DNA of 64,000 nucleotides from Marsupella aquatica. Its lineage: Eukaryota; Plantae; Marchantiophyta. Both the position numbers and the translations under genes were made by a program. The first letter of the stretch is position 1, and each line of letters starts with the position of its first letter. The stretch is taken from NCBI GenBank assembly GCA_973895155.1, contig OZ316891.1:20224169-20288168 (forward strand), written 5' to 3'. The notes under the pieces were generated by a model. That model was not told where the DNA came from, searched no databases, and saw only the letters and a program-made list of their open reading frames with translations. Shown piece by piece: positions 1-11,899 of the stretch.

Positions 1-3000
1 CATCTGCCTACTGGCATAATAAATGGGATGATCCCTATTGTCGTCATCCTTTTGACTCAAGTTAGCTCCGATGCAGAAGGCAGATGAGTCAATGAAAACA
101 TGAAACTTCCTACTCCAATCTGGTGGGGAGAGAATGGGCGCAGTCACAAGGCGGTCCTTTAGCGTTTGAAAAGCTTGCTGTCTTTCTTCATTCCAAACAT
201 AAGGTTCATTTTGTTTGAGCAATTTGGTCAGAGGCATAGCAATATCAGCATGTTTATGAATGAATCTGCGATAATACCCGACATGCCCTAAGAAGGCACG
301 GAGTTGCTTCAAATCCGTCGGAGGTTGAAGTTCCACGATCACCCGGACCTTTTCTTTGTCCACCTCTATGCCACGCTGAGAAATGACATGGCCGAGCAAG
401 ATACCTTCCTGCATTCCGATGAAGCACTTCTCGGGGTGTAAGCACAATTGAGCTTCCCGACACTTCTGGAAAGTCTTATCGAGGTGCATTAAATGGTCAG
501 CCGCCGATCCATACACACAGAAATCATCGATGAAGATCTCCATGAAGTGCCGAAGGTACTCCTGAAAAATAATCATCATGATACGCTGAAAAGTGCCTGG
601 GGCATTACACAACCCAAATGGCATCATTGCATACGCATATGTACCCCAATCTGTTGTGAACGTGGTCTTGTCCCGATCCTCCTTTCGAATGGAAACCTGG
701 TTGTACCCAGAGTATCCGTCCAGAAAAGTATACAACTCATGCAATGCGACCTGATCAAGCACTAGATCTATGAAGGGTAAGGGATAATGGTCCTTCCTGG
801 TGGCTGCATTCAATTTCCGATAGTCCTGACACACGCGGATTTTTGTCTTTCCATCAGGTCCCGCCTTCTTGGGTACAATGACAATGGGGGATACCCATTC
901 ACTACTCAAGACGGGGTAGATGAAACCAGCAGCAGTCAACTTATCCAGCTCCTCCTTCACAAGGACAGAGTACTTGGGGTTCAAACGGTACTGCCTTTGA
1001 CGGACTGGCACTGCCCCTTCCATCAAGTCTATCCGATGCTCTCCCAGATGAGGGTGGATGCCCTTCAAATCTGAATGACTCCATGCAAAAACATCCTTGT
1101 ACTGGGTCAACAATTTAATGTACAAGTCCCGCAACTCACCCTGGATATGCTTTCCTATATTAAGGAACTTGCCAGGTTCAATCTCAACTTTTTGACAAGC
1201 CTTAGGGTCCACTATACCATCCGTTAGGCCTGCTGGCCTAAGCTCCAAATCACCAACATCAGACTCACTGATTTCCGGAGAGGGAGGGTGTCTTCCATTA
1301 CCGGAGGATACGCCATGCATTTGCTGATCTGAGAATTGTTTCCCTGTATCATGGCCGACTCCTTGTAAGTTTGCTTTCTCCCCTTCCGGTGGAAATTGTC
1401 AAAAAGGGTCCTCATAAGCTAATCCAGTCTCCACAACTGGATCAGATAGGTAAACCTCCAAATAGCGTACCTCCTCCAACTCAAACTCCAATGGCTCCAG
1501 AATCAGGTTGGAATCCGAAAAGTCTGACGTATACCCGTCGTCAGTTTGCGTCTCGCCCTTATGATCCTCAGTAGCCCAACTCACCACCACCTTGGGTTTA
1601 CCAAAAGACATCTCTTGAGCTTTCCAATTTACCTGCACTTGGGCTTTATACAACCAGGGGCGGCCTAACAAGACTGGAAAGCTGGAAGGTACCTCTGGAC
1701 TTATTATCACATATTCCAAAGTAAATGGAACACCAGCAATCAGAGTATCTACCTTACTTAATTTTCCCGCGGGAACAACTCGAGATTGGTCCGCCATGCG
1801 CAGGATCTTGGGTGTTGGTTCAAACTTAGTAAATCCAAGATTAAATGCAGTTTGCTGAGTCATGAGGTTGACGCTGGAACCACCATCCACTGGTACTCTC
1901 CTCACAACACATCCTTGAATTTGTACATCCAGCTCTGGTGGTCCCTTATCCTCCCATTCCAAACGTAATACATCCACCTCTGGCAACTTACGCCGCCTTC
2001 GCTTTCCTGCCAACAATCCTCTCAATTGGCGTCTATAAACCGGGTTGTCTTGCAACAACTCACCAATGGTGATATGAGCAAGATGGCCCTTCACGTCTTC
2101 TACAATATCATATCCCTGTTGCTTTAACACAGGTCGTTCGGGCTCCTTCACCACTGGCTTCTGAATTGAATGCGAGGTGTGATCTTTAACTAGTTCCTCT
2201 AATTGAGCTTTTACTTCTGAAGAAATGTCAGGTAAAAAATATTTGGGATCATAGCGATCATAAGCTGGGTCCTGATCCTTGGGTAGGCCTTCCTCAAATG
2301 GAGCTCGTTCCTTCGGCTTAGGTCCCTTCTTTTGGTGCTTTGCTACTGCTCGTTTCTCCTCTTTCCGCTTGGAACGAGTAGTTGCATAGGTATCCGTTAG
2401 AACTTTATCCCAATCCTGAACTCGAGCATTAGGCATGCCCACCACCCCTGGCTTCACCAAGTGATCCACTAACACATCAGGAACAATTCCGGCCAGTGGT
2501 TGAGCAAACGTGGAGTGGCCTGTCACTTCCACTCTGTTCACATCCCCATGGTGGATCATTCCACAATGCTCAACCTCTTCAGAGTACACCATCCTCACTT
2601 TAGCCTCTGGTCTGATTGTCTCCTTGACAGGCTCTTGAGCAAAGCGAACCATCATTTTTGTTTTAGGCAGATTTGGACATTCCACAGGCAAGTGCCCTTC
2701 CTTGCCACAATTTCCACATATAGGGGTGTATCCCTCTTCTCTCTTCGGATACGGACATTGCGGTGAGTAGTGGTCCGGCTGACCGCAATTCCAACAGGAT
2801 CCTTTCTGCCGTGGAGCTCCTCTAGGGGGGTATCCTCCTGGAGGTCCCATAGGCGGCCTGGGAACAGGTCTGTTGAAGGCAGGTTTTGGCGGTACCCAAT
2901 TATTCATTGGTGGAGGGGCAGGTGGGAAATACTGACCTCCTGGTGTTGCCTGAACTGCATATGCCGGCTCGTATTCGTAATCTTCTACCTCCTCCGGTCC

Positions 3001-4407
3001 TTCCAAGTAATTTACTGCCATACGCCAATTTGGGCACTCCGTCGGATAGTGCCCTTGCTGATTACAATGGGTACACCACACGTTTGTCCTCATGGTTGGT
3101 GGTAATCTTCGCACAGGTTTCACCGCAACAATATGTACATTCAGCTTAGATAGCTTCCCGGTTATTTCCTCCATCATGCGATCCATTTTTTTCTGAGTAG
3201 AAGTCTTAGGCTCTACCTTCGAGGTTGACTTCTTCTTCTTGGAGGCGGACTGTTCCGAATCTGAACTAGAACTAGAGCTAGCGCTCGCACTAGTGCTTGA
3301 ATCCGTACTCTCATCGTCTTCACTACTGCTGCTATCACTATCGTCCTTCTCTGAATCAGATTTAGACTTTGATTTTTTCTTCTTTTTCCTCTTATCTTTC
3401 TTCAAGTCTTTCCTCACTCGCTTTTTCTCAGAAATTTCAGAATCCACATACTTCTGTGCTGATTCCTGAACTTCCTCCAAAGTAGTACCACCTTCACGCC
3501 TGACATATCGAGCAATTCATGACGGCAATCCGTTGATAAACCAATCCTTCACAGTAGACTTAGATGTGGCTGGATTATATTGGTCCACCAAATCCAACAG
3601 TTTATCCGCATATTTCCTCACAGACCCATGTTTCTTCATGTGTAAATGAGAGATCCTAGCAAAAGCTCGAGCGGCAGACCCCTCCTCTTTGTACTTAGCC
3701 AAGAAGGCAGCCTTCAACTTACCCCAGTCATGTTTATCTGGAAAGCGATCATACCACTTTTGAGCTCTCTTCTTCATCAGTCCACCAAATAAATTAGCCT
3801 TTTCCGCATCTTGGCTTTGTCCATTTGAAGCTGCAGCAGCTTCAAATTCCTTCAAATAGACTTCTGCATCCTCCTTAGATGATCCAAAGAATCTATCATA
3901 TCTCACATTGTTACGAGCCATTATAGTAGGACTTAGATTAGGGATGGGCAAGGCAGATCGGATGGCAAACGGATTAGTCCAAGTTTGAGGACTTAATACA
4001 ATAGAACTACTAGATTCTGAACTACTGCCGGAGCTCTTCTCGCCTGAAGACGACCCTTCTGATGAATTAAATGCTGTGAAGCCTTCAAGTTCTTCTAGAG
4101 TTGGATTCTGTTGTAAAATCCCTTCGACATCTGATGGTTTCCTTGAATGCTGTGGTGGACCAATCAACTTGGGTCCGGATCGCAAATTCACATATAAGGG
4201 TCTACTGGGTGCAGGATTTTCCAGAGTCCCTTGGGTTACCCTAGTCTGAATGGAGGTTACCTTCCTTGTCACACTTCCCGGTAAAGGGAATTCTGATGCT
4301 TGAAACTCAGACAGGAGGTCTCGAGGCTCCACTGCCTTGCTCGAGGATTCTGATTTATAAGAAGCTTTCCTCCATTTCTTTTTGATTTGGCGAGCTTCCT
4401 CCGACAT
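1..4407 (-). pseudogene. gag-pol polyprotein in one reading frame, interrupted by two in-frame TGA stops (3519-3517 and 1401-1399)
   Basis: ORFs 3517..4407 and 1399..3480 and the RT frame below 1398 are all in frame. Knuckles CTHCNQQGHYPTEC, CWNCGQPDHYSPQC, CGNCGKEGHLPVEC; RT motifs WVSPIVIVPK, DYRKLN, LDGYSGYNQV, GHVGYYRRFI. Confidence 0.93.
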
Positions 4408-4815
4408 ACCTCATTCTTAGCAATAGTAAAACTTCTCTCCCCAGTTAATTGTCTTGCTACATTACTGAATCCAGGTCGTACTCAGAAGTATTGAAGGAAG
4501 ATGTGATTCATGATGCCCCATTATGAAGAAATCCAGGTGGTACAGGCGATCACCAATTTGAATAGGTACTACCCTAATCTCCCCCACAGGTTTAATCAAT
4601 TGGCCATTGATCCAGAACTGTGTGTAAGTTGGTAAAATTGGTGCGAGAGCCAGATTCTGAGCCAAACGAATAGAAAGCAAATTAATTCGAGAGCCCCTGT
4701 CTATTGAAACTTCCTTAATCAGGTATCCCGCCAATCTCACCTGAGATTCAAAAGAACTTTGGATGGCTCTTGTGAACACATTGGAGGGATGCATGGTAGC
4801 TTTGATTACAAGCAT
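4408..4815 (-). pseudogene. Second, degenerate retropepsin-like aspartic protease domain upstream of gag
   Basis: VSIDRGSRINLLS...KPVGEI..VPIQIG...LDFFIM...SILLSTTWIQ*CSKTINW is collinear with the element's own protease VPVDGGSSVNLMT...VPAGKL...LEYVII...VLLGRPWL...VNW. Confidence 0.7.
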
Positions 4816-5748
4816 CTTTCAATGCCACTCAAATTTTGAGAAAACACCCACTACAGATGGAAGCGGTCACCTTGGCTTTTCCCAAGGGGCATGCCTCTTG
4901 CACCTTGTGTCGAGGGATTCGAACAGGTATGTCCATTCAACTCTTGGGAATCCAAAGTGTCTGGAAACCCATTCAATGCCTTGGAGATCTTCTCCTGACC
5001 CCTCTTCATATCCTTCTTTGGCTAGGTTTACCGCAGCACTTCCTATCTCATCCTCCTATTGGGCCCCATTTCACCTTGAAGCATTGTACTAGCCAATTCC
5101 GAAATAGAAATTACAGTATATCTCTCCTGAGTAATCCTACCATTTAATCTCAGCATTACCAAATGCAAATTCAAACCTTCCCACCATATTATGGACAGCC
5201 AATGAACTCCCCTTCTACCCCTCACACTTAACACCCATGTTTGCACATATTGATTATGCAAATTCCTAACTCGTAGGGAGCCTAATGATCTAATGGGTGG
5301 GGGCATTCTTCAAGAATCCTCCACCCCTAAGGTTGGCTTACAGCCTAAGTATCTCAATAATTTTTAGCATTGGCTCTAACACTTATCCTAAACAAATTGA
5401 TCTCTTCAATAAAAAGGGTAAAACTCTTTCCAAACTTCACCTATAATCCACTGATTATCTTAATCTCGATTCCTACACACAGAAATCTCTTTCTTCACAT
5501 GGAAATCAAGCACCCTTGAGGCTATCCTTTTTGGCCTTAATTTCCTTCCTTCTCCTTCTCCTATTAAGGAGGGCTTCCTCCCTCATCATCTCCCGGAAAG
5601 CTTCCGGGGCATTTGCTAGGGTGAAGGGTCGAACCTCCAGCACCTGAATTGGCCATTGTCCTGAATCTTCCATTAAGTAACTCCTTCTGACCAATTCAAC
5701 CTCCTCGGTTGGCATTCACTGCCTTGATATCAATCCATTCCATACTGT

Positions 5749-5766
5749 TCCCCGGCAGCGGCGCCA
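5749..5766 (-). promoter_or_regulatory. Primer-binding site complementary to the 3' end of tRNA-Asp
   Basis: Minus strand reads TGGCGCCGCTGCCGGGGA, one mismatch from the Athila-type PBS TGGCGCCGTTGCCGGGGA, and lies 9 nt inside the LTR end. Confidence 0.9.
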
Positions 5767-5775
5767 AAAATCATA

Positions 5776-7494
5776 TGTCGTATAGCCAAAAGAACAAAAA
5801 GGAACACTTTTTACATAAAGACTCGGAATACGATCCCTTTAAGAACAGATTTGGAAAGAATTGAATGAATTTATCTCTCTGAGTAATCTAAAGCTTTCAG
5901 CACATAGATTTCTTGTTTCTCACTAAAAGATCAAATAAACAAAACACCAAAGTAAATAAACTTCTGTCTTATGAGTCAAGAGAGAGTCAATTATGGTCTG
6001 AAAACTCTGATTAGCTATTGCCACTCCTTCAAAAAGGACTATGGTCTTAGAATAGACATAAAACAAGTCTCATAACTCACTAATTTCTCTCCTGACTAAA
6101 TAAAATTGCATGATAAGGAATTTCCAATTTGCTAAACAAGTATTGCTCTGGTTACAAATGTAATGATATGACTTAAGATGCCGGCAACATGGTTTGACAT
6201 CAGCGATACGCAATTCCGTCAAACACTAAATCATATTCCATAAACAAAGTAACGGTACTGAATACTCTGAGAACCAAACTTTACTTCTCACATATCAAAC
6301 AACAACTCTTGAATTAGCTAGCGAATCTTGACCCTTCAAGCAAGCCTAGCAGTGAATTCAATGTAAGTCACAGAAGTTTGTAACTGAATTCAAGTATCAA
6401 GAAATTTCTTGAATTCATAAATTCAAACATAAGTTTTACTTCCATACAAGACTTTTCTTGTTAAAATGGAAGGAGGGAAACTAACAGAAGTCTAATTGGA
6501 ATTGTCCCCCCTTCTTCCGAATGGAAAAACCATGAGGTTTTATAAGTAAAGGTTCCCTTAACTGAAAAGGCATGACTTTTCAAACCTCAAATATCTAAAA
6601 GACAATCCTAAAAGAAATAAAGAAATGCATTGGAGACTTAGTGGACGCTTTGTAGAGCGTCGGTGCTTTCCGGTAAAACTAATAAACAGTGGTGTTAGTC
6701 TAATTTTAAATTCTAAACTAAAAGTCGGAATGAGCTGAGACTTTTCTAGAGTACTCTACTACATATAATCTCTATGCTGGTAAAGTTTCAGACTTTTCTG
6801 AGGTCTCTAAGTGCCTCAAATAAATCGGTGAAAGTGGCACGGTGTTATAAAAGTGCGAAAACTGAAAATTTTTCTAAGTGTCGGGAACATAGTGGACGCT
6901 TCAGAAAGCGTCCAAAACTACAAAGGACTTTTGTGGACGCTTTAGAAAGCGTCGGCTGAATTTTGAGGTTTTGGTCGCAACGTCCGTCTTCTGGGCTCCG
7001 GGCGGGACGCTTTAGAAAGCGGCGAAGTCTGTCTTGGCGGACGCTTCAGAAAGCGTCGATTCTGCTTTGTCTTCGAACACGGTCGGACGCTTCAGAAGGC
7101 GTCACTTCTCATGTGGACGCTTCAGAAAGCGTCTCATCGGACTTTGGGGTTAGCGGACGCTTCAGAAAGCGTCTTAAAGCGTCCGGTGTCTGGTTCGAAT
7201 AGACGTTTCATGAAGCGTCTTCTGTTCCGTGGTATCGGTGAAGGACGGCTCAAAAAGCGTCGTGGTTAAGGGGGTCGCATCTGGTTGGCAGCACACATGG
7301 ACGCCTCAGCTGTCTTGAGGTTTATTGGCTTTGTAACTGGGGACGCTTCAGAAAGCGTCCTTAGTTAGACTGAAGTGAGTTAACCGCCAAATGGAAAGTA
7401 GACGCTTCAGAAAGCGTCGTTTTTGCTCAAAAAGTTTGAAACGATTCAGATTTTTCTCTTATGGTCGTGTTTCAGCAAAAGTCTCCTTTCCACA
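5776..7494 (-). repeat. 5' LTR (~1.72 kb) of the Gypsy element
   Basis: Minus-strand ends are TGTGG...CGACA. It abuts the PBS on one side and sharply truncates the non-LTR RT frame (…EAAMAH|) on the other. TATAAAA lies on the minus strand near 6538-6544. The second LTR is not in the window. Confidence 0.8.
6894..7419. repeat. Array of ~12 palindromic 18-mers GACGCTT-CAGA-AAGCGTC separated by non-repeated spacers (LTR U3 region)
   Basis: Copies start at about 6895, 6936, 7006, 7040, 7086, 7116, 7156, 7202, 7244, 7300 (partial), 7342 and 7401, with an outlier at 6644. Confidence 0.9.
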
Positions 7495-9410
7495 TGGGCC
7501 ATGGCGGCTTCCCATAAAGCTGTAAAATGGGCAATGGCAAAAAGAGGCCCACCCAAAGGGTCACCCTGACGAGTACCTTCTGCAGAGGAAAGAGTGGGAT
7601 ACACACCTGTAGAGGAGTGATGACTATAGAAGAGTGGGGCCTCGAGTCCATAAAAACAACGGACAAAGGGGATCAGGGACTGGATGTCTGGATCCGCCGC
7701 CCTCAAAGCACGAAAAATGGCTGCCCAAGAAACCATATTAAAAGCGTTAGAGACATCAACCTGGAGGACAACCCAATCAGGGTGGAGGTCCAAGGTAGCT
7801 CGAATACCCGCAATAACTGTCTCACAACCGCCAGGAACGCCAACTGCAAACTGATGTGGAGAGAGATGATCTGATAGTGCAGAGCGAAACTACGAGGAAA
7901 GTGTGCGAAACACAAGCCGAAGAAAAACCTCCCCAATAGCAATTGGCCGAACACCCGGTGAAGACTTAGCCATGGCCAATAAACGAGAAGCACTCAAGAG
8001 CCAAGAGATGGGAGGAGGCAAACGACCGGCTGCAATACACTGGCAAAAGGAGAAGAAAACTGGAAAACCAAACTGAGGATCCTCAGGGGGGAATAAATCC
8101 CGAAAATGCTCAAAGACATAGCCAGAGGGGCCACCAGCAGCGCAACGCGGGGCATGGAGGAAGGCATAGGTGAAGTGGTCCCTACTAAACTGAAGATCCT
8201 CCTCAAGCTCAAAATCCTCTACGAACAAAGGGAGTTGATCATGGGGCTGCGGATGGAGATCCTGAAGGGCCGACGAGGTGACCTCGCCAGGGGGGGCTGG
8301 TGTGGTGGGAGAAAGGGCCTGGACAGCCCGATGATATTCACCAGCCTGGGCTAAACGACAAGAGCGACGAAGACGTCTATGCTCAGGGGGATGAAAGTGG
8401 TGGGCTGGGTCAAACAAAGCACGGGCGGTAAAAGACCGGGCGCTAAGAAAGTACTCTTCCTGAAGCTGCTCCCAATCTCCCCGCAAAAAACGATGGATAC
8501 GAGAGGCAGTCTCATGATGACCCACACGACCACCATGACTAGGGAGGGTAAGAGACCACTGTGGAAAAAGCATCAGTAAAGACCAGTAGGAGACCTCCAT
8601 AGGATGCGCCAAGATAAGCTGCATGAGTTGCAACAAGGAGGACCAAACTAAAGGGCGCAGCACCAGAGGAAAGGCGAGGTCTAATGTACCCTGGATGGTA
8701 GGCTGGAAGGGGGTCTAGAGTGCGAACCCAACTCCATGCCTGCTCGGGAGCCTCCAAGGAGGGAGGGGCAGAGCTAACCGGGTCAATAGGGGGCTGAGGT
8801 TGGGACTGTGCTTGCTGGCGACGATGGCACCGGCCCGGCCCGCGATGATGAGGGAGGGAGATGCCAACCCATCCACAGTCAGGACAAGTATGCAGGGGAC
8901 GCTCGTCCGGGGAGGGAGTAGGGAAAGACTGGACAGGAGGTGGGGGTGGAACAGATGTGGACGAGGAGGCCGGAGGAGGATGATGAATGGGTGGAGAGGG
9001 AATGGGGTGGGGAGAGGAGCCAGGGCGACGATGGGGTGGGCAGTAGACGGGGGGGACTGGCAGAGCATCGGGCATGGGGTCATCACGAAGATGAGATAGA
9101 TCCAGTGCAGAAGAGCAAACACGAAGACGGCCACGAGGGGGAGGGGAGGACGGGGAGAAGTGTGGGGTGGGGCTGGGCGCTTGCCCCGCGCCAACACTCT
9201 CAACGCAGACATGACAGGCCGCAATCCGATGAAAGCAAAAACGCATCAAGAAGCGACAAAAGGCCCAACCGAGGCAGGTGAAAAGAAAGGGGAGGCGATG
9301 GAGAGAGCCCACCGCATCAGGCCGAGAAACGGCGCCACCGCTAGCCTAGGAAACCGTTGAGCAGGTGCAGGAACAGTAAGGAACCGTTGAGCAGGTGCAG
9401 GAACAAAATG
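7495..9410 (-). mobile_element. Non-LTR retrotransposon, CRE/Zepp-like clade; frameshifted 5' part, cut inside the RT by the Gypsy insertion
   Basis: N-terminal zinc finger CPDCG…HHRG…CH; RT motifs AGGPSG, ASRLLAMAK..GVRPIAIGEVFLRLV, DVSNAFN, GTRQGDPLGGPLFA, spread over three frames; no APE endonuclease upstream. Confidence 0.8.
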
Positions 9411-10627
9411 GAGGCTCCCCACGAGTTGTCCTGTTGCCAATGTCGAGAGCATTAGGGCATCGCAAAACTTCAAAGTTACAGATGATGGCTTTTGGCAATA
9501 AGCAAATAACCATAACTTTTCACAGGGTTATGCAAATTGTTTTTTTGGTTTTTTTTCACCAGCCTCTACTATGACCTATAGTTATTACATATGACCAATC
9601 TTTATGGCAAAAATCTATGGAGTATGAATCTGGTAGTCCCTAGTTTTTTTCTGTCCATAACCTTAAACAGTCACTAGCCATAACAAAACCTGGATCCATC
9701 AGGTTTCACCAATTAAAAGAACTTTTTCCTGAAATTGTGGAGAAAAATGGCACGGAAAAGGAGAGGAGCCAATGTAGTGAGGAAAAAGAGAGAAATCTTG
9801 GACACTTCCCCTGTGATATGGCCAGTGGTGGTTTAACACTAAGTTAAGGTCCATCATGGCTTCCGACTAATATTTATGGCAAAACTATATGCACTATGAA
9901 TTTGGCGGTTATGTCCATATCCTATTAGGGAGTGTCAAAGTTCTCTCATAAGCAAAGTGTTAGGAGAGAACTTTGACACATATGGGTATGTATTTTGGTA
10001 GCCCATAGCTATTTTGTCCTGGCCATTAAAAGGCCTTAAACAATTAGCTCTAAACTAAGTTACAGAGTTCCTTTGACACACCCTATTACCTGAATGAATG
10101 TCCATCATGGCATATGATCAATGGCAAACAGTTATGGAGGTATTCTATAATGCGAGCAAACAGGAATTTTGTTAGTGAGGGGAGTATTGTTAGCTAGACA
10201 CTTGTGATTTTCAATTTCTTTTGCTTTTTGCTGCTTTTCTATTTTTTGTGACTCAGCAAAAAAAGGAGTCCCCAAAATGGATGTTATCAACAAGGTTTCT
10301 GTTAGCGAGGCAATTGCATATAGAAAAATTAGGGGTCATGTGAATAAAATTTTGGCTCATGCTAGTAAAATTTCTAGTGTTTCCTGGCAAACTACAATGA
10401 CCCACAGTTATGGACTCTGGCTTTGGCCAGTATGTACATAACACTAAGTTAAGTTCCATCAAATTTGAAGCTTTGAGATGCCATATTCAGTTAATTTAGC
10501 TCCCTACGAGAAAATTTACGTCGTAGAGTCGTGATAAACGAATATCCTTGCAGTCGGATTTGCACCTCAAAAATTCGGGAGCCCTTCTTTTCGACCGCAA
10601 CAAGTTCCATAAGTTTGATCTCGTGCA

Positions 10628-11780
10628 TGGGGTGCTGTACACTCGGAGTGAATTCCTAAAGGAACACTTTCGTGGATGGGGTGCTCTACAGTCGGAGAGA
10701 AGTCCCAACGAAGACACAAATCAGTGCATTACAATCGAAGAGAAGTCCCAAAGGAACGATTTCCTGAATGGGGTGCTCCACATTTGGAGAGAAGTCCCAA
10801 TGGCAGATGCCAGTCAGGCCCCTACAGTCGGAGAGAAGTCCACACAAATCAGTGCATTACACTCGAAGAGACGTCCCAACAGATTAACAGAACGATTAAA
10901 CCGGGCAACAGAACGATTTCCTCAATTGGGTGCTCCACATTAGGAGACAAGTCCCAACGGAACGATTTCCTGAATGGGGTGCTCCACACTCGGAGAGAAG
11001 TCCCAATAGTCAGTGCTCTACAGTCGGAGAGAAGTCCCAAGAAAGACACAAATCAGTGCATTACAGTCGAAGAGACGTCCCAACAGAACGATTTCCTGAA
11101 TTGGGTGCTCCACATTCGGAGACAAGTCCCAATGGCAGATGCCAGTCAGTGCTCTACATTCGGAGAGAAGTCCCAACGAAGACACAAATCAGTGCATTAC
11201 TCTAGAAGAGAAGTCCCAACAGAACGATTTCCTGAATTGGGTGCTTCACATTCGCAGAAAAGTCCCAATGGCAGATGCCAGTCAGTGCTCTACAGTCGGA
11301 GAGAAGACCCAACGAAGACACAAATCAGTGCATTACACTAGAAGAGAAGTCCCAACGGAACGATTTCCTGAATGGGGAGCTCCACATTCGGAGAGAAGTC
11401 CCAATGGCAGATGTCAGTCAGTGCTCTACAGTCGGAGAGAAGACCCAACGAAGACACAAATCAGTGCATTACACTAGAAGAGAAGTCCCAACGGAACGAT
11501 TTCCTGAATGGGGAGCTCCACATTCGGAGAGAAGTCCCAATGGCAGATGTCAGTCAGTGCTCTACAGTCGGAGAGAAGTCCCAAGGACGACACAAATCAG
11601 TGCATTACAGTCGAAGAGACGTCTCAACAGAACGATTTCCTGAATTGGGTCAGTGTCAGTGCTCTACATTCGGAGAGAAGTTCCAACAGAACGATTTCCT
11701 GAATGGGGTGCTCTACAGTAGGAGAGAAGTCCCGATGGAAGACGCAAATCCATCCATGCTCGACTCTATTGTCGGAGAGT
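10628..11780 (+). repeat. 136-bp higher-order tandem repeat built from three 43-49 bp subunits sharing a ~28-bp core
   Basis: The core GTGCTCTACAGTCGGAGAGAAGTCCCAA is followed cyclically by three tails (cgaagacacaaatca / cggaacgatttcctgaatggg / tggcagatgccagtca); about 8 units. Confidence 0.9.
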
Positions 11781-11899
11781 AAACCTTTCGTCACGCTCGC
11801 ATTTGCATCGACCCTAGACAGGGATTAGTGTACAATCACTTGGATATAATTATGGCAGACCAGGTGCAGAGCCGCTTTGTGTTAAGTTTGCAGGCACAA

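Larger units (their letters stand above)
1..7494 (-). mobile_element. Ty3/Gypsy LTR retrotransposon, non-chromovirus (Athila-like), 5' part; 3' part lies outside the window
   Basis: On the minus strand the order is LTR (TG...CA), tRNA-Asp PBS, gag with three CCHC knuckles, protease (VDGGSSVNLM), RT (MPFGLCNAPGTF, IFIDDF), then the start of RNase H (DSSAFCIGANLSQ). Confidence 0.95.

Noticed and set aside
6894-7419. True CRISPR array
   Set aside because: Eukaryotic LTR context, 18-bp repeat, irregular spacer lengths and no cas genes.
10548-11782. Overlapping repetitive ORFs as protein genes, or a CRISPR array
   Set aside because: The ORFs arise from a 136-bp repeat open in rotating frames, and the 'spacers' recur cyclically.
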